Shown here piece by piece: positions 10,862 to 23,900 of a stretch of DNA of 64,000 nucleotides. A program made the translations under genes and the position numbers. This stretch comes from the human T2T-CHM13v2.0 reference genome, Homo sapiens: assembly GCF_009914755.1 (NCBI RefSeq), contig NC_060934.1. One strand, written 5' to 3'. Each line of letters opens with the position of its first letter. Positions within the stretch are counted from its first letter, which is position 1. The notes under the pieces are model-generated. The model saw only the letters and a list, made by a program, of their open reading frames with translations. It searched no databases and had not been told where the DNA came from.

Positions 10862-13800
10862 AAGAATTCTCAGTCACTTCTTTGTGTTGTGTGTATTCAA
10901 GTCACAGAGTTGAACCTTCCTTTAGACAGAGCAGTTTTGAAAAATTCTTTCTGTGGAGTTTGCAAGTGGAGATTTCAAGCGATTTGAGGCTAATCTTTGA
11001 AATGGAAATATCTTCGTGTAAAAACTACACAGAATCATTCTCAGAAACTGCTTTGTCATCTGTGCGTTCAGTTCACAGAGTTTCACCTTTCTCTTCATAG
11101 AGCAGTTTGGAAAGACTCTGTCTGTAAAGTCTGCAAGTGATTAGTTAGACCCCTTTGAGGCCTTCGTTGGAAGCGGGATTTCTCATTTACTGCTAGACAG
11201 AAGAATTCTCAGTAAATCCTTTGTGTTGTGTGTATTCAACTCACAGAGTGGAACCTTCCTTTATTCAGAGCAGTTTTGAAAAACACTTTTTGTGGAATTT
11301 GCAAGTGGAGATTTCAAGCGATTTGACGCCAATCTTAGACATGGAAATATCTTCATATTAAAAGTACACAGAGTCATTCGTAGAAACTAGTTTGTGATGT
11401 GTGCCTTCAACTCACAGAGTTTAACCTTTCTTTTCATAGAGCAGTTTGGAAACACTCTATTTGTAAAGTCTGCAAGTGGATATTTGGACCTCTTTGAGGC
11501 CTTCGTTGGAAACGGGATTTCTTCATACAACGCTAGACAGAAGAATTCTCAGTAACTTCTTTGTGTTGTGTGTATTCAACTCACAGAGTTGAACCTTTCT
11601 TTAGAGAGAGCAGAGTTGAAACACTCTGTTTTTGGAATTTGCAACTGCAGATTTCAAGCGATTCTTGGCCTATGGCAGAAAAGGAAATATCTTCGTATAA
11701 AAACTACACAGAATCATTCTCAACAACTACTTTGTGATGTGTGCGTTCAACTCACAGAGTTTAACCTTTCTTTTCATAGAGCAGTTTGGAAACACTCTGT
11801 TTGTAAAGCCTGCAAGTGCTTTTTCGGACTTCATTGAGGCCTTCGTTGGAAACGGGATTTCTTCATGTAATGCTAGACAGAAGAATTCTCAGTCACTTCT
11901 TTGTGTTGTGTGTATTCAAGTCACAGAGTTGAACCTTCCTTTAGACAGAGCAGTTTTGAAAAATTCTTTCTGTGGAGTTTGCAAGTGGAGATTTCAAGCG
12001 ATTTGAGGCTAATCTTTGAAATGGAAATATCTTCGTGTAAAAACTACACAGAATCATTCTCAGAAACTGCTTTGTCATCTGTGCGTTCAGTTCACAGAGT
12101 TTCACCTTTCTCTTCATAGAGCAGTTTGGAAAGACTCTGTCTGTAAAGTCTGCAAGTGATTAGTTAGACCCCTTTGAGGCCTTCGTTGGAAGCGGGATTT
12201 CTCATTTACTGCTAGACAGAAGAATTCTCAGTAAATCCTTTGTGTTGTGTGTATTCAACTCACAGAGTGGAACCTTCCTTTATTCAGAGCAGTTTTGAAA
12301 AACACTTTTTGTGGAATTTGCAAGTGGAGATTTCAAGCGATTTGACGCCAATCTTAGACATGGAAATATCTTCATATTAAAAGTACACAGAGTCATTCGT
12401 AGAAACTAGTTTGTGATGTGTGCCTTCAACTCACAGAGTTTAACCTTTCTTTTCATAGAGCAGTTTGGAAACACTCTATTTGTAAAGTCTGCAAGTGGAT
12501 ATTTGGACCTCTTTGAGGCCTTCGTTGGAAACGGGATTTCTTCATACAACGCTAGACAGAAGAATTCTCAGTAACTTCTTTGTGTTGTGTGTATTCAACT
12601 CACAGAGTTGAACCTTTCTTTAGAGAGAGCAGAGTTGAAACACTCTGTTTTTGGAATTTGCAACTGCAGATTTCAAGCGATTCTTGGCCTATGGCAGAAA
12701 AGGAAATATCTTCGTATAAAAACTACACAGAATCATTCTCAACAACTACTTTGTGATGTGTGCGTTCAACTCACAGAGATTAACCTTTCTTTTCATAGAG
12801 CAGTTTGGAAACACTCTGTTTGTAAAGCCTGCAAGTGCTTTTTTGGACTTCATTGAGGCCTTCGTTGGAAACGGGATTTCTTCATGTAATGCTAGACAGA
12901 AGAATTCTCAGTCACTTCTTTGTGTTGTGTGTATTCAAGTCACAGAGTTGAACCTTCCTTTAGACAGAGCAGTTTTGAAAAATTCTTTCTGTGGAGTTTG
13001 CAAGTGGAGATTTCAAGCGATTTGAGGCTAATCTTTGAAATGGAAATATCTTCGTGTAAAAACTACACAGAATCATTCTCAGAAACTGCTTTGTCATCTG
13101 TGCGTTCAGTTCACAGAGTTTCACCTTTCTCTTCATAGAGCAGTTTGGAAAGACTCTGTCTGTAAAGTCTGCAAGTGATTAGTTAGACCCCTTTGAGGCC
13201 TTCGTTGGAAGCGGGATTTCTCATTTACTGCTAGACAGAAGAATTCTCAGTAAATCCTTTGTGTTGTGTGTATTCAACTCACAGAGTGGAACCTTCCTTT
13301 ATTCAGAGCAGTTTTGAAACACTCTTTTTGTGGAATTTGCAAGTGGAGATTTCAAGCGATTTGACGCCAATCTTAGACATGGAAATATCTTCATATTAAA
13401 AGTACACAGAGTCATTCGTAGAAACTAGTTTGTGATGTGTGCCTTCAACTCACAGAGTTTAACCTTTCTTTTCATAGAGCAGTTTGGAAACACTCTATTT
13501 GTAAAGTCTGCAAGTGGATATTTGGACCTCTTTGAGGCCTTCGTTGGAAACGGGATTTCTTCATATAACGCTAGACAGAAGAATTCTCAGTAACTTCTTT
13601 GTGTTGTGTGTATTCAACTCACAGAGTTGAACCTTTCTTTAGAGGGAGCAGAGGTGAAACACTCTTTTTGTGGAATTTGCTAGTGTAGATTTCAAACGCT
13701 TCGAAGACAGTGATAGAAAAGGATGTATCTTCGTATTAAAAGTAGACAAAATCATTCTCAGAAAACTCTTTGTGATGTGTGTGTTCAACTCACAGAGTTT

Positions 13801-16800
13801 AACCTTTCTTTAATCGAGCAGTTTGGAAATACACTCTTTGTAAGTCTGCAGGTGGATATTTGGCCCTCTTTGAGCCCTTCGTTGGAAACGGGATTTCCTC
13901 ATATAATGCTAGACAGAAGAATTCTCAGTAACTTCTTTGTGTTGTTTGTATTCAACACACAGATTTGAACCTTCCTTTAGAGAGAGCAGATTTGAAACAC
14001 TCTGTTTTTGGAATTTGCAAGTGCAGATTTCAAGCGCTTCTAGGCCTATGGCAGAAAAGGAAATATCTTCGTATAAAAACTACACAGAATCATTCTCAAC
14101 AACTACTTTGTGATGTGTGCGTTCAACTCACAGAGTTTAACCTTTCTTTTCATAGAGCAGTTTGGAAACACTCTGTTTGTAAAGCCTGCAAGTGCTTTTT
14201 TGGACTTCATTGAGGCCTTCGTTGGAAACGGGATTTCTTCATATAATGCTAGACAGAAGAATTCTCAGTCACTTCTTTGTGTTGTGTGTATTCAAGTCAC
14301 AGAGTTGAACCTTCCTTTAGACAGAGCAGTTTTGAAAAATTCTTTCTGTGGAGTTTGCAAGTGGAGATTTCAAGCGATTTGAGGCTAATCTTTGAAATGG
14401 AAATATCTTCGTGTAAAAACTACACAGAATCATTCTCAGAAACTGCTTTGTCATCTGTGCGTTCAGTTCACAGAGTTTCACCTTTCTCTTCATAGAGCAG
14501 TTTGGAAAGACTCTGTCTGTAAAGTCTGCAAGTGATTAGTTAGACCCCTTTGAGGCCTTCGTTGGAAGCGGGATTTCTCATTTACTGCTAGACAGAAGAA
14601 TTCTCAGTAAATCCTTTGTGTTGTGTGTATTCAACTCACAGAGTGGAACCTTCCTTTATTCAGAGCAGTTTTGAAAAACTCTTTTTGTGGAATTTGCAAG
14701 TGGAGATTTCAAGCGATTTGACGCCAATCTTAGACATGGAAATGTCTTCATATTAAAAGTACACAGAGTCATTCGTAGAAACTAGTTTGTGATGTGTGCC
14801 TTCAACTCACAGAGTTTAACCTTTCTTTTCATAGAGCAGTTGGGAAACACTCTATTTGTAAAGTCTGCAAGTGGATATTTGGACCTCTTTGAGGCCTTCG
14901 TTGGAAACGGGATTTCTTCATACAACGCTAGAGAGAAGAATTCTCAGTAACTTCTTTGTGTTGTGTGTATTCAACTCACAGAGTTGAACCTTTCTTTAGA
15001 GAGAGCAGAGTTGAAACACTCTGTTTTTGGAATTTGCAAGTGCAGATTTCAAGCGCTTCTAGGCCTATGGCAGAAAAGGAAATATCTTCGTATAAAAACT
15101 ACACAGAATCATTCTCAACAACTACTTTGTGATGTGTGCGTTCAACTCACAGAGTTTAACCTTTCTTTTCATAGAGCAGTTTGGAAACACTCTGTTTGTA
15201 AAGCCTGCAAGTGCTTTTTTGGACTTCATTGAGGCCTTCGTTGGAAACGGGATTTCTTCATGTAATGCTAGACAGAAGAATTCTCAGTCACTTCTTTGTG
15301 TTGTGTGTATTCAAGTCACAGAGTTGAACCTTCCTTTAGACAGAGCAGTTTTGAAAAATTCTTTCTGTGGAATTTGCAAGTGGAGATTTCAAGCGATTTG
15401 AGGCTAATCTTTGAAATGGAAATATCTTCGTGTAAAAACTACACAGAATCATTCTCAGAAACTGCTTTGTCATCTGTGCGTTCAGTTCACAGAGTTTCAC
15501 CTTTCTCTTCATAGAGCAGTTTGGAAAGACTCTGTCTGTAAAGTCTGCAAGTGATTAGTTAGACCCCTTTGAGGCCTTCGTTGGAAGCGGGATTTCTCAT
15601 TTACTGCTAGACAGAAGAATTCTCAGTAAATCCTTTGTGTTGTGTGTATTCAACTCACAGAGTGGAACCTTCCTTTATTCAGAGCAGTTTTGAAACACTC
15701 TTTTTGTGGAATTTGCAAGTGGAGATTTCAAGCGATTTGACGCCAATCTTAGACATGGAAATATCTTCATATTAAAAGTACACAGAGTCATTCGTAGAAA
15801 GTAGTTTGTGATGTGTGCCTTCAACTCACAGAGTTTAACCTTTCTTTTCATAGAGCAGTTGGGAAACACTCTATTTGTAAAGTCTGCAAGTGGATATTTG
15901 GACCTCTTTGAGGCCTTCGTTGGAAACGGGATTTCTTCATATAACGCTAGACAGAAGAATTCTCAGTAACTTCTTTGTGTTGTGTGTATTCAACTCACAG
16001 AGTTGAACCTTTCTTTAGAGGGAGCAGAGGTGAAACACTCTTTTTGTGGAATTTGCTAGTGTAGATTTCAAACGCTTCGAAGACAGTGATAGAAAAGGAT
16101 ATATCTTCGTATTAAAAGTAGACAAAATCATTCTCAGAAAACTCTTTGTGATGTGTGTGTTCAACTCACAGAGTTTAACCTTTCTTTAATCGAGCAGTTT
16201 GGAAATACACTCTTTGTAAGTCTGCAGGTGGATATTTGGCCCTCTTTGAGCCCTTCGTTGGAAACGGGATTTCCTCATATAATGCTAGACAGAAGAATTC
16301 TCAGTAACTTCTTTGTGTTGTTTGTATTCAACACACAGATTTGAACCTTCCTTTAGAGAGAGCAGATTTGAAGCACTCTGTTTTTGGAATTTGCAAGTGC
16401 AGATTTCAAGCGCTTCTAGGCCTATGGCAGAAAAGGAAATATCTTCGTATAAAAACTACACAGAATCATTCTCAACAACTACTTTGTGATGTGTGCGTTC
16501 AACTCACAGAGTTTAACCTTTCTTTTCATAGAGCAGTTTGGAAACACTCTGTTTGTAAAGCCTGCAAGTGCTTTTTTGGACTTCATTGAGGCCTTCGTTG
16601 GAAACGGGATTTCTTCATATAATGCTAGACAGAAGAATTCTCAGTCACTTCTTTGTGTTGTGTGTATTCAAGTCACAGAGTTGAACCTTCCTTTAGACAG
16701 AGCAGTTTTGAAAAATTCTTTCTGTGGAGTTTGCAAGTGGAGATTTCAAGCGATTTGAGGCTAATCTTTGAAATGGAAATATCTTCGTGTAAAAACTACA

Positions 16801-17989
16801 CAGAATCATTCTCAGAAACTGCTTTGTCATCTGTGCGTTCAGTTCACAGAGTTTCACCTTTCTCTTCATAGAGCAGTTTGGAAAGACTCTGTCTGTAAAG
16901 TCTGCAAGTGATTAGTTAGACCCCTTTGAGGCCTTCGTTGGAAGCGGGATTTCTCATTTACTGCTAGACAGAAGAATTCTCAGTAAATCCTTTGTGTTGT
17001 GTGTATTCAACTCACAGAGTGGAACCTTCCTTTATTCAGAGCAGTTTTGAAACACTCTTTTTGTGGAATTTGCAAGTGGAGATTTCAAGCGATTTGACGC
17101 CAATCTTAGACATGGAAATATCTTCATATTAAAAGTACACAGAGTCATTCGTAGAAACTAGTTTGTGATGTGTGCCTTCAACTCACAGAGTTTAACCTTT
17201 CTTTTCATAGAGCAGTTGGGAAACACTCTATTTGTAAAGTCTGCAAGTGGATATTTGGACCTCTTTGAGGCCTTCGTTGGAAACGGGATTTCTTCATATA
17301 ACGCTAGACAGAAGAATTCTCAGTAACTTCTTTGTGTTGTGTGTATTCAACTCACAGAGTTGAACCTTTCTTTAGAGGGAGCAGAGGTGAAACACTCTTT
17401 TTGTGGAATTTGCTAGTGTAGATTTCAAACGCTTCGAAGACAGTGATAGAAAAGGATATATCTTCGTATTAAAAGTAGACAAAATCATTCTCAGAAAACT
17501 CTTTGTGATGTGTGTGTTCAACTCACAGAGTTTAACCTTTCTTTAATCGAGCAGTTTGGAAATACACTCTTTGTAAGTCTGCAGGTGGATATTTGGCCCT
17601 CTTTGAGCCCTTCGTTGGAAACGGGATTTCCTCATATAATGCTAGACAGAAGAATTCTCAGTAACTTCTTTGTGTTGTTTGTATTCAACACACAGATTTG
17701 AACCTTCCTTTAGAGAGAGCAGATTTGAAGCACTCTGTTTTTGGAATTTGCAAGTGCAGATTTCAAGCGCTTCTAGGCCTATGGCAGAAAAGGAAATATC
17801 TTCGTATAAAAACTACACAGAATCATTCTCAACAACTACTTTGTGATGTGTGCGTTCAACTCACAGAGTTTAACCTTTCTTTTCATAGAGCAGTTTGGAA
17901 ACACTCTGTTTGTAAAGCCTGCAAGTGCTTTTTTGGACTTCATTGAGGCCTTCGTTGGAAACGGGATTTCTTCATATAATGCTAGACAG
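10862..17989 (+). repeat. Super-HOR block B: 6-6-8-6-8-8 (42 monomers, 7,128 bp)
   Basis: 3x1019 + 3x1357. Starts with the same SNV series as block A (11825 C, 12779 A, ggatgtatc at 13723). Confidence 0.92.
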
Positions 17990-20900
17990 AAGAATTCTCA
18001 GTCACTTCTTTGTGTTGTGTGTATTCAAGTCACAGAGTTGAACCTTCCTTTAGACAGAGCAGTTTTGAAAAATTCTTTCTGTGGAGTTTGCAAGTGGAGA
18101 TTTCAAGCGATTTGAGGCTAATCTTTGAAATGGAAATATCTTCGTGTAAAAACTACACAGAATCATTCTCAGAAACTGCTTTGTCATCTGTGCGTTCAGT
18201 TCACAGAGTTTCACCTTTCTCTTCATAGAGCAGTTTGGAAAGACTCTGTCTGTAAAGTCTGCAAGTGATTAGTTAGACCCCTTTGAGGCCTTCGTTGGAA
18301 GCGGGATTTCTCATTTACTGCTAGACAGAAGAATTCTCAGTAAATCCTTTGTGTTGTGTGTATTCAACTCACAGAGTGGAACCTTCCTTTATTCAGAGCA
18401 GTTTTGAAAAACACTTTTTGTGGAATTTGCAAGTGGAGATTTCAAGCGATTTGACGCCAATCTTAGACATGGAAATATCTTCATATTAAAAGTACACAGA
18501 GTCATTCGTAGAAACTAGTTTGTGATGTGTGCCTTCAACTCACAGAGTTTAACCTTTCTTTTCATAGAGCAGTTTGGAAACACTCTATTTGTAAAGTCTG
18601 CAAGTGGATATTTGGACCTCTTTGAGGCCTTCGTTGGAAACGGGATTTCTTCATACAACGCTAGACAGAAGAATTCTCAGTAACTTCTTTGTGTTGTGTG
18701 TATTCAACTCACAGAGTTGAACCTTTCTTTAGAGAGAGCAGAGTTGAAACACTCTGTTTTTGGAATTTGCAACTGCAGATTTCAAGCGATTCTTGGCCTA
18801 TGGCAGAAAAGGAAATATCTTCGTATAAAAACTACACAGAATCATTCTCAACAACTACTTTGTGATGTGTGCGTTCAACTCACAGAGTTTAACCTTTCTT
18901 TTCATAGAGCAGTTTGGAAACACTCTGTTTGTAAAGCCTGCAAGTGCTTTTTCGGACTTCATTGAGGCCTTCGTTGGAAACGGGATTTCTTCATGTAATG
19001 CTAGACAGAAGAATTCTCAGTCACTTCTTTGTGTTGTGTGTATTCAAGTCACAGAGTTGAACCTTCCTTTAGACAGAGCAGTTTTGAAAAATTCTTTCTG
19101 TGGAGTTTGCAAGTGGAGATTTCAAGCGATTTGAGGCTAATCTTTGAAATGGAAATATCTTCGTGTAAAAACTACACAGAATCATTCTCAGAAACTGCTT
19201 TGTCATCTGTGCGTTCAGTTCACAGAGTTTCACCTTTCTCTTCATAGAGCAGTTTGGAAAGACTCTGTCTGTAAAGTCTGCAAGTGATTAGTTAGACCCC
19301 TTTGAGGCCTTCGTTGGAAGCGGGATTTCTCATTTACTGCTAGACAGAAGAATTCTCAGTAAATCCTTTGTGTTGTGTGTATTCAACTCACAGAGTGGAA
19401 CCTTCCTTTATTCAGAGCAGTTTTGAAAAACACTTTTTGTGGAATTTGCAAGTGGAGATTTCAAGCGATTTGACGCCAATCTTAGACATGGAAATATCTT
19501 CATATTAAAAGTACACAGAGTCATTCGTAGAAACTAGTTTGTGATGTGTGCCTTCAACTCACAGAGTTTAACCTTTCTTTTCATAGAGCAGTTTGGAAAC
19601 ACTCTATTTGTAAAGTCTGCAAGTGGATATTTGGACCTCTTTGAGGCCTTCGTTGGAAACGGGATTTCTTCATACAACGCTAGACAGAAGAATTCTCAGT
19701 AACTTCTTTGTGTTGTGTGTATTCAACTCACAGAGTTGAACCTTTCTTTAGAGAGAGCAGAGTTGAAACACTCTGTTTTTGGAATTTGCAACTGCAGATT
19801 TCAAGCGATTCTTGGCCTATGGCAGAAAAGGAAATATCTTCGTATAAAAACTACACAGAATCATTCTCAACAACTACTTTGTGATGTGTGCGTTCAACTC
19901 ACAGAGATTAACCTTTCTTTTCATAGAGCAGTTTGGAAACACTCTGTTTGTAAAGCCTGCAAGTGCTTTTTTGGACTTCATTGAGGCCTTCGTTGGAAAC
20001 GGGATTTCTTCATGTAATGCTAGACAGAAGAATTCTCAGTCACTTCTTTGTGTTGTGTGTATTCAAGTCACAGAGTTGAACCTTCCTTTAGACAGAGCAG
20101 TTTTGAAAAATTCTTTCTGTGGAGTTTGCAAGTGGAGATTTCAAGCGATTTGAGGCTAATCTTTGAAATGGAAATATCTTCGTGTAAAAACTACACAGAA
20201 TCATTCTCAGAAACTGCTTTGTCATCTGTGCGTTCAGTTCACAGAGTTTCACCTTTCTCTTCATAGAGCAGTTTGGAAAGACTCTGTCTGTAAAGTCTGC
20301 AAGTGATTAGTTAGACCCCTTTGAGGCCTTCGTTGGAAGCGGGATTTCTCATTTACTGCTAGACAGAAGAATTCTCAGTAAATCCTTTGTGTTGTGTGTA
20401 TTCAACTCACAGAGTGGAACCTTCCTTTATTCAGAGCAGTTTTGAAACACTCTTTTTGTGGAATTTGCAAGTGGAGATTTCAAGCGATTTGACGCCAATC
20501 TTAGACATGGAAATATCTTCATATTAAAAGTACACAGAGTCATTCGTAGAAACTAGTTTGTGATGTGTGCCTTCAACTCACAGAGTTTAACCTTTCTTTT
20601 CATAGAGCAGTTTGGAAACACTCTATTTGTAAAGTCTGCAAGTGGATATTTGGACCTCTTTGAGGCCTTCGTTGGAAACGGGATTTCTTCATATAACGCT
20701 AGACAGAAGAATTCTCAGTAACTTCTTTGTGTTGTGTGTATTCAACTCACAGAGTTGAACCTTTCTTTAGAGGGAGCAGAGGTGAAACACTCTTTTTGTG
20801 GAATTTGCTAGTGTAGATTTCAAACGCTTCGAAGACAGTGATAGAAAAGGATGTATCTTCGTATTAAAAGTAGACAAAATCATTCTCAGAAAACTCTTTG

Positions 20901-23900
20901 TGATGTGTGTGTTCAACTCACAGAGTTTAACCTTTCTTTAATCGAGCAGTTTGGAAATACACTCTTTGTAAGTCTGCAGGTGGATATTTGGCCCTCTTTG
21001 AGCCCTTCGTTGGAAACGGGATTTCCTCATATAATGCTAGACAGAAGAATTCTCAGTAACTTCTTTGTGTTGTTTGTATTCAACACACAGATTTGAACCT
21101 TCCTTTAGAGAGAGCAGATTTGAAACACTCTGTTTTTGGAATTTGCAAGTGCAGATTTCAAGCGCTTCTAGGCCTATGGCAGAAAAGGAAATATCTTCGT
21201 ATAAAAACTACACAGAATCATTCTCAACAACTACTTTGTGATGTGTGCGTTCAACTCACAGAGTTTAACCTTTCTTTTCATAGAGCAGTTTGGAAACACT
21301 CTGTTTGTAAAGCCTGCAAGTGCTTTTTTGGACTTCATTGAGGCCTTCGTTGGAAACGGGATTTCTTCATATAATGCTAGACAGAAGAATTCTCAGTCAC
21401 TTCTTTGTGTTGTGTGTATTCAAGTCACAGAGTTGAACCTTCCTTTAGACAGAGCAGTTTTGAAAAATTCTTTCTGTGGAGTTTGCAAGTGGAGATTTCA
21501 AGCGATTTGAGGCTAATCTTTGAAATGGAAATATCTTCGTGTAAAAACTACACAGAATCATTCTCAGAAACTGCTTTGTCATCTGTGCGTTCAGTTCACA
21601 GAGTTTCACCTTTCTCTTCATAGAGCAGTTTGGAAAGACTCTGTCTGTAAAGTCTGCAAGTGATTAGTTAGACCCCTTTGAGGCCTTCGTTGGAAGCGGG
21701 ATTTCTCATTTACTGCTAGACAGAAGAATTCTCAGTAAATCCTTTGTGTTGTGTGTATTCAACTCACAGAGTGGAACCTTCCTTTATTCAGAGCAGTTTT
21801 GAAAAACTCTTTTTGTGGAATTTGCAAGTGGAGATTTCAAGCGATTTGACGCCAATCTTAGACATGGAAATGTCTTCATATTAAAAGTACACAGAGTCAT
21901 TCGTAGAAACTAGTTTGTGATGTGTGCCTTCAACTCACAGAGTTTAACCTTTCTTTTCATAGAGCAGTTGGGAAACACTCTATTTGTAAAGTCTGCAAGT
22001 GGATATTTGGACCTCTTTGAGGCCTTCGTTGGAAACGGGATTTCTTCATACAACGCTAGAGAGAAGAATTCTCAGTAACTTCTTTGTGTTGTGTGTATTC
22101 AACTCACAGAGTTGAACCTTTCTTTAGAGAGAGCAGAGTTGAAACACTCTGTTTTTGGAATTTGCAAGTGCAGATTTCAAGCGCTTCTAGGCCTATGGCA
22201 GAAAAGGAAATATCTTCGTATAAAAACTACACAGAATCATTCTCAACAACTACTTTGTGATGTGTGCGTTCAACTCACAGAGTTTAACCTTTCTTTTCAT
22301 AGAGCAGTTTGGAAACACTCTGTTTGTAAAGCCTGCAAGTGCTTTTTTGGACTTCATTGAGGCCTTCGTTGGAAACGGGATTTCTTCATGTAATGCTAGA
22401 CAGAAGAATTCTCAGTCACTTCTTTGTGTTGTGTGTATTCAAGTCACAGAGTTGAACCTTCCTTTAGACAGAGCAGTTTTGAAAAATTCTTTCTGTGGAA
22501 TTTGCAAGTGGAGATTTCAAGCGATTTGAGGCTAATCTTTGAAATGGAAATATCTTCGTGTAAAAACTACACAGAATCATTCTCAGAAACTGCTTTGTCA
22601 TCTGTGCGTTCAGTTCACAGAGTTTCACCTTTCTCTTCATAGAGCAGTTTGGAAAGACTCTGTCTGTAAAGTCTGCAAGTGATTAGTTAGACCCCTTTGA
22701 GGCCTTCGTTGGAAGCGGGATTTCTCATTTACTGCTAGACAGAAGAATTCTCAGTAAATCCTTTGTGTTGTGTGTATTCAACTCACAGAGTGGAACCTTC
22801 CTTTATTCAGAGCAGTTTTGAAACACTCTTTTTGTGGAATTTGCAAGTGGAGATTTCAAGCGATTTGACGCCAATCTTAGACATGGAAATATCTTCATAT
22901 TAAAAGTACACAGAGTCATTCGTAGAAACTAGTTTGTGATGTGTGCCTTCAACTCACAGAGTTTAACCTTTCTTTTCATAGAGCAGTTGGGAAACACTCT
23001 ATTTGTAAAGTCTGCAAGTGGATATTTGGACCTCTTTGAGGCCTTCGTTGGAAACGGGATTTCTTCATATAACGCTAGACAGAAGAATTCTCAGTAACTT
23101 CTTTGTGTTGTGTGTATTCAACTCACAGAGTTGAACCTTTCTTTAGAGGGAGCAGAGGTGAAACACTCTTTTTGTGGAATTTGCTAGTGTAGATTTCAAA
23201 CGCTTCGAAGACAGTGATAGAAAAGGATATATCTTCGTATTAAAAGTAGACAAAATCATTCTCAGAAAACTCTTTGTGATGTGTGTGTTCAACTCACAGA
23301 GTTTAACCTTTCTTTAATCGAGCAGTTTGGAAATACACTCTTTGTAAGTCTGCAGGTGGATATTTGGCCCTCTTTGAGCCCTTCGTTGGAAACGGGATTT
23401 CCTCATATAATGCTAGACAGAAGAATTCTCAGTAACTTCTTTGTGTTGTTTGTATTCAACACACAGATTTGAACCTTCCTTTAGAGAGAGCAGATTTGAA
23501 ACACTCTGTTTTTGGAATTTGCAAGTGCAGATTTCAAGCGCTTCTAGGCCTATGGCAGAAAAGGAAATATCTTCGTATAAAAACTACACAGAATCATTCT
23601 CAACAACTACTTTGTGATGTGTGCGTTCAACTCACAGAGTTTAACCTTTCTTTTCATAGAGCAGTTTGGAAACACTCTGTTTGTAAAGCCTGCAAGTGCT
23701 TTTTTGGACTTCATTGAGGCCTTCGTTGGAAACGGGATTTCTTCATGTAATGCTAGACAGAAGAATTCTCAGTCACTTCTTTGTGTTGTGTGTATTCAAG
23801 TCACAGAGTTGAACCTTCCTTTAGACAGAGCAGTTTTGAAAAATTCTTTCTGTGGAATTTGCAAGTGGAGATTTCAAGCGATTTGAGGCTAATCTTTGAA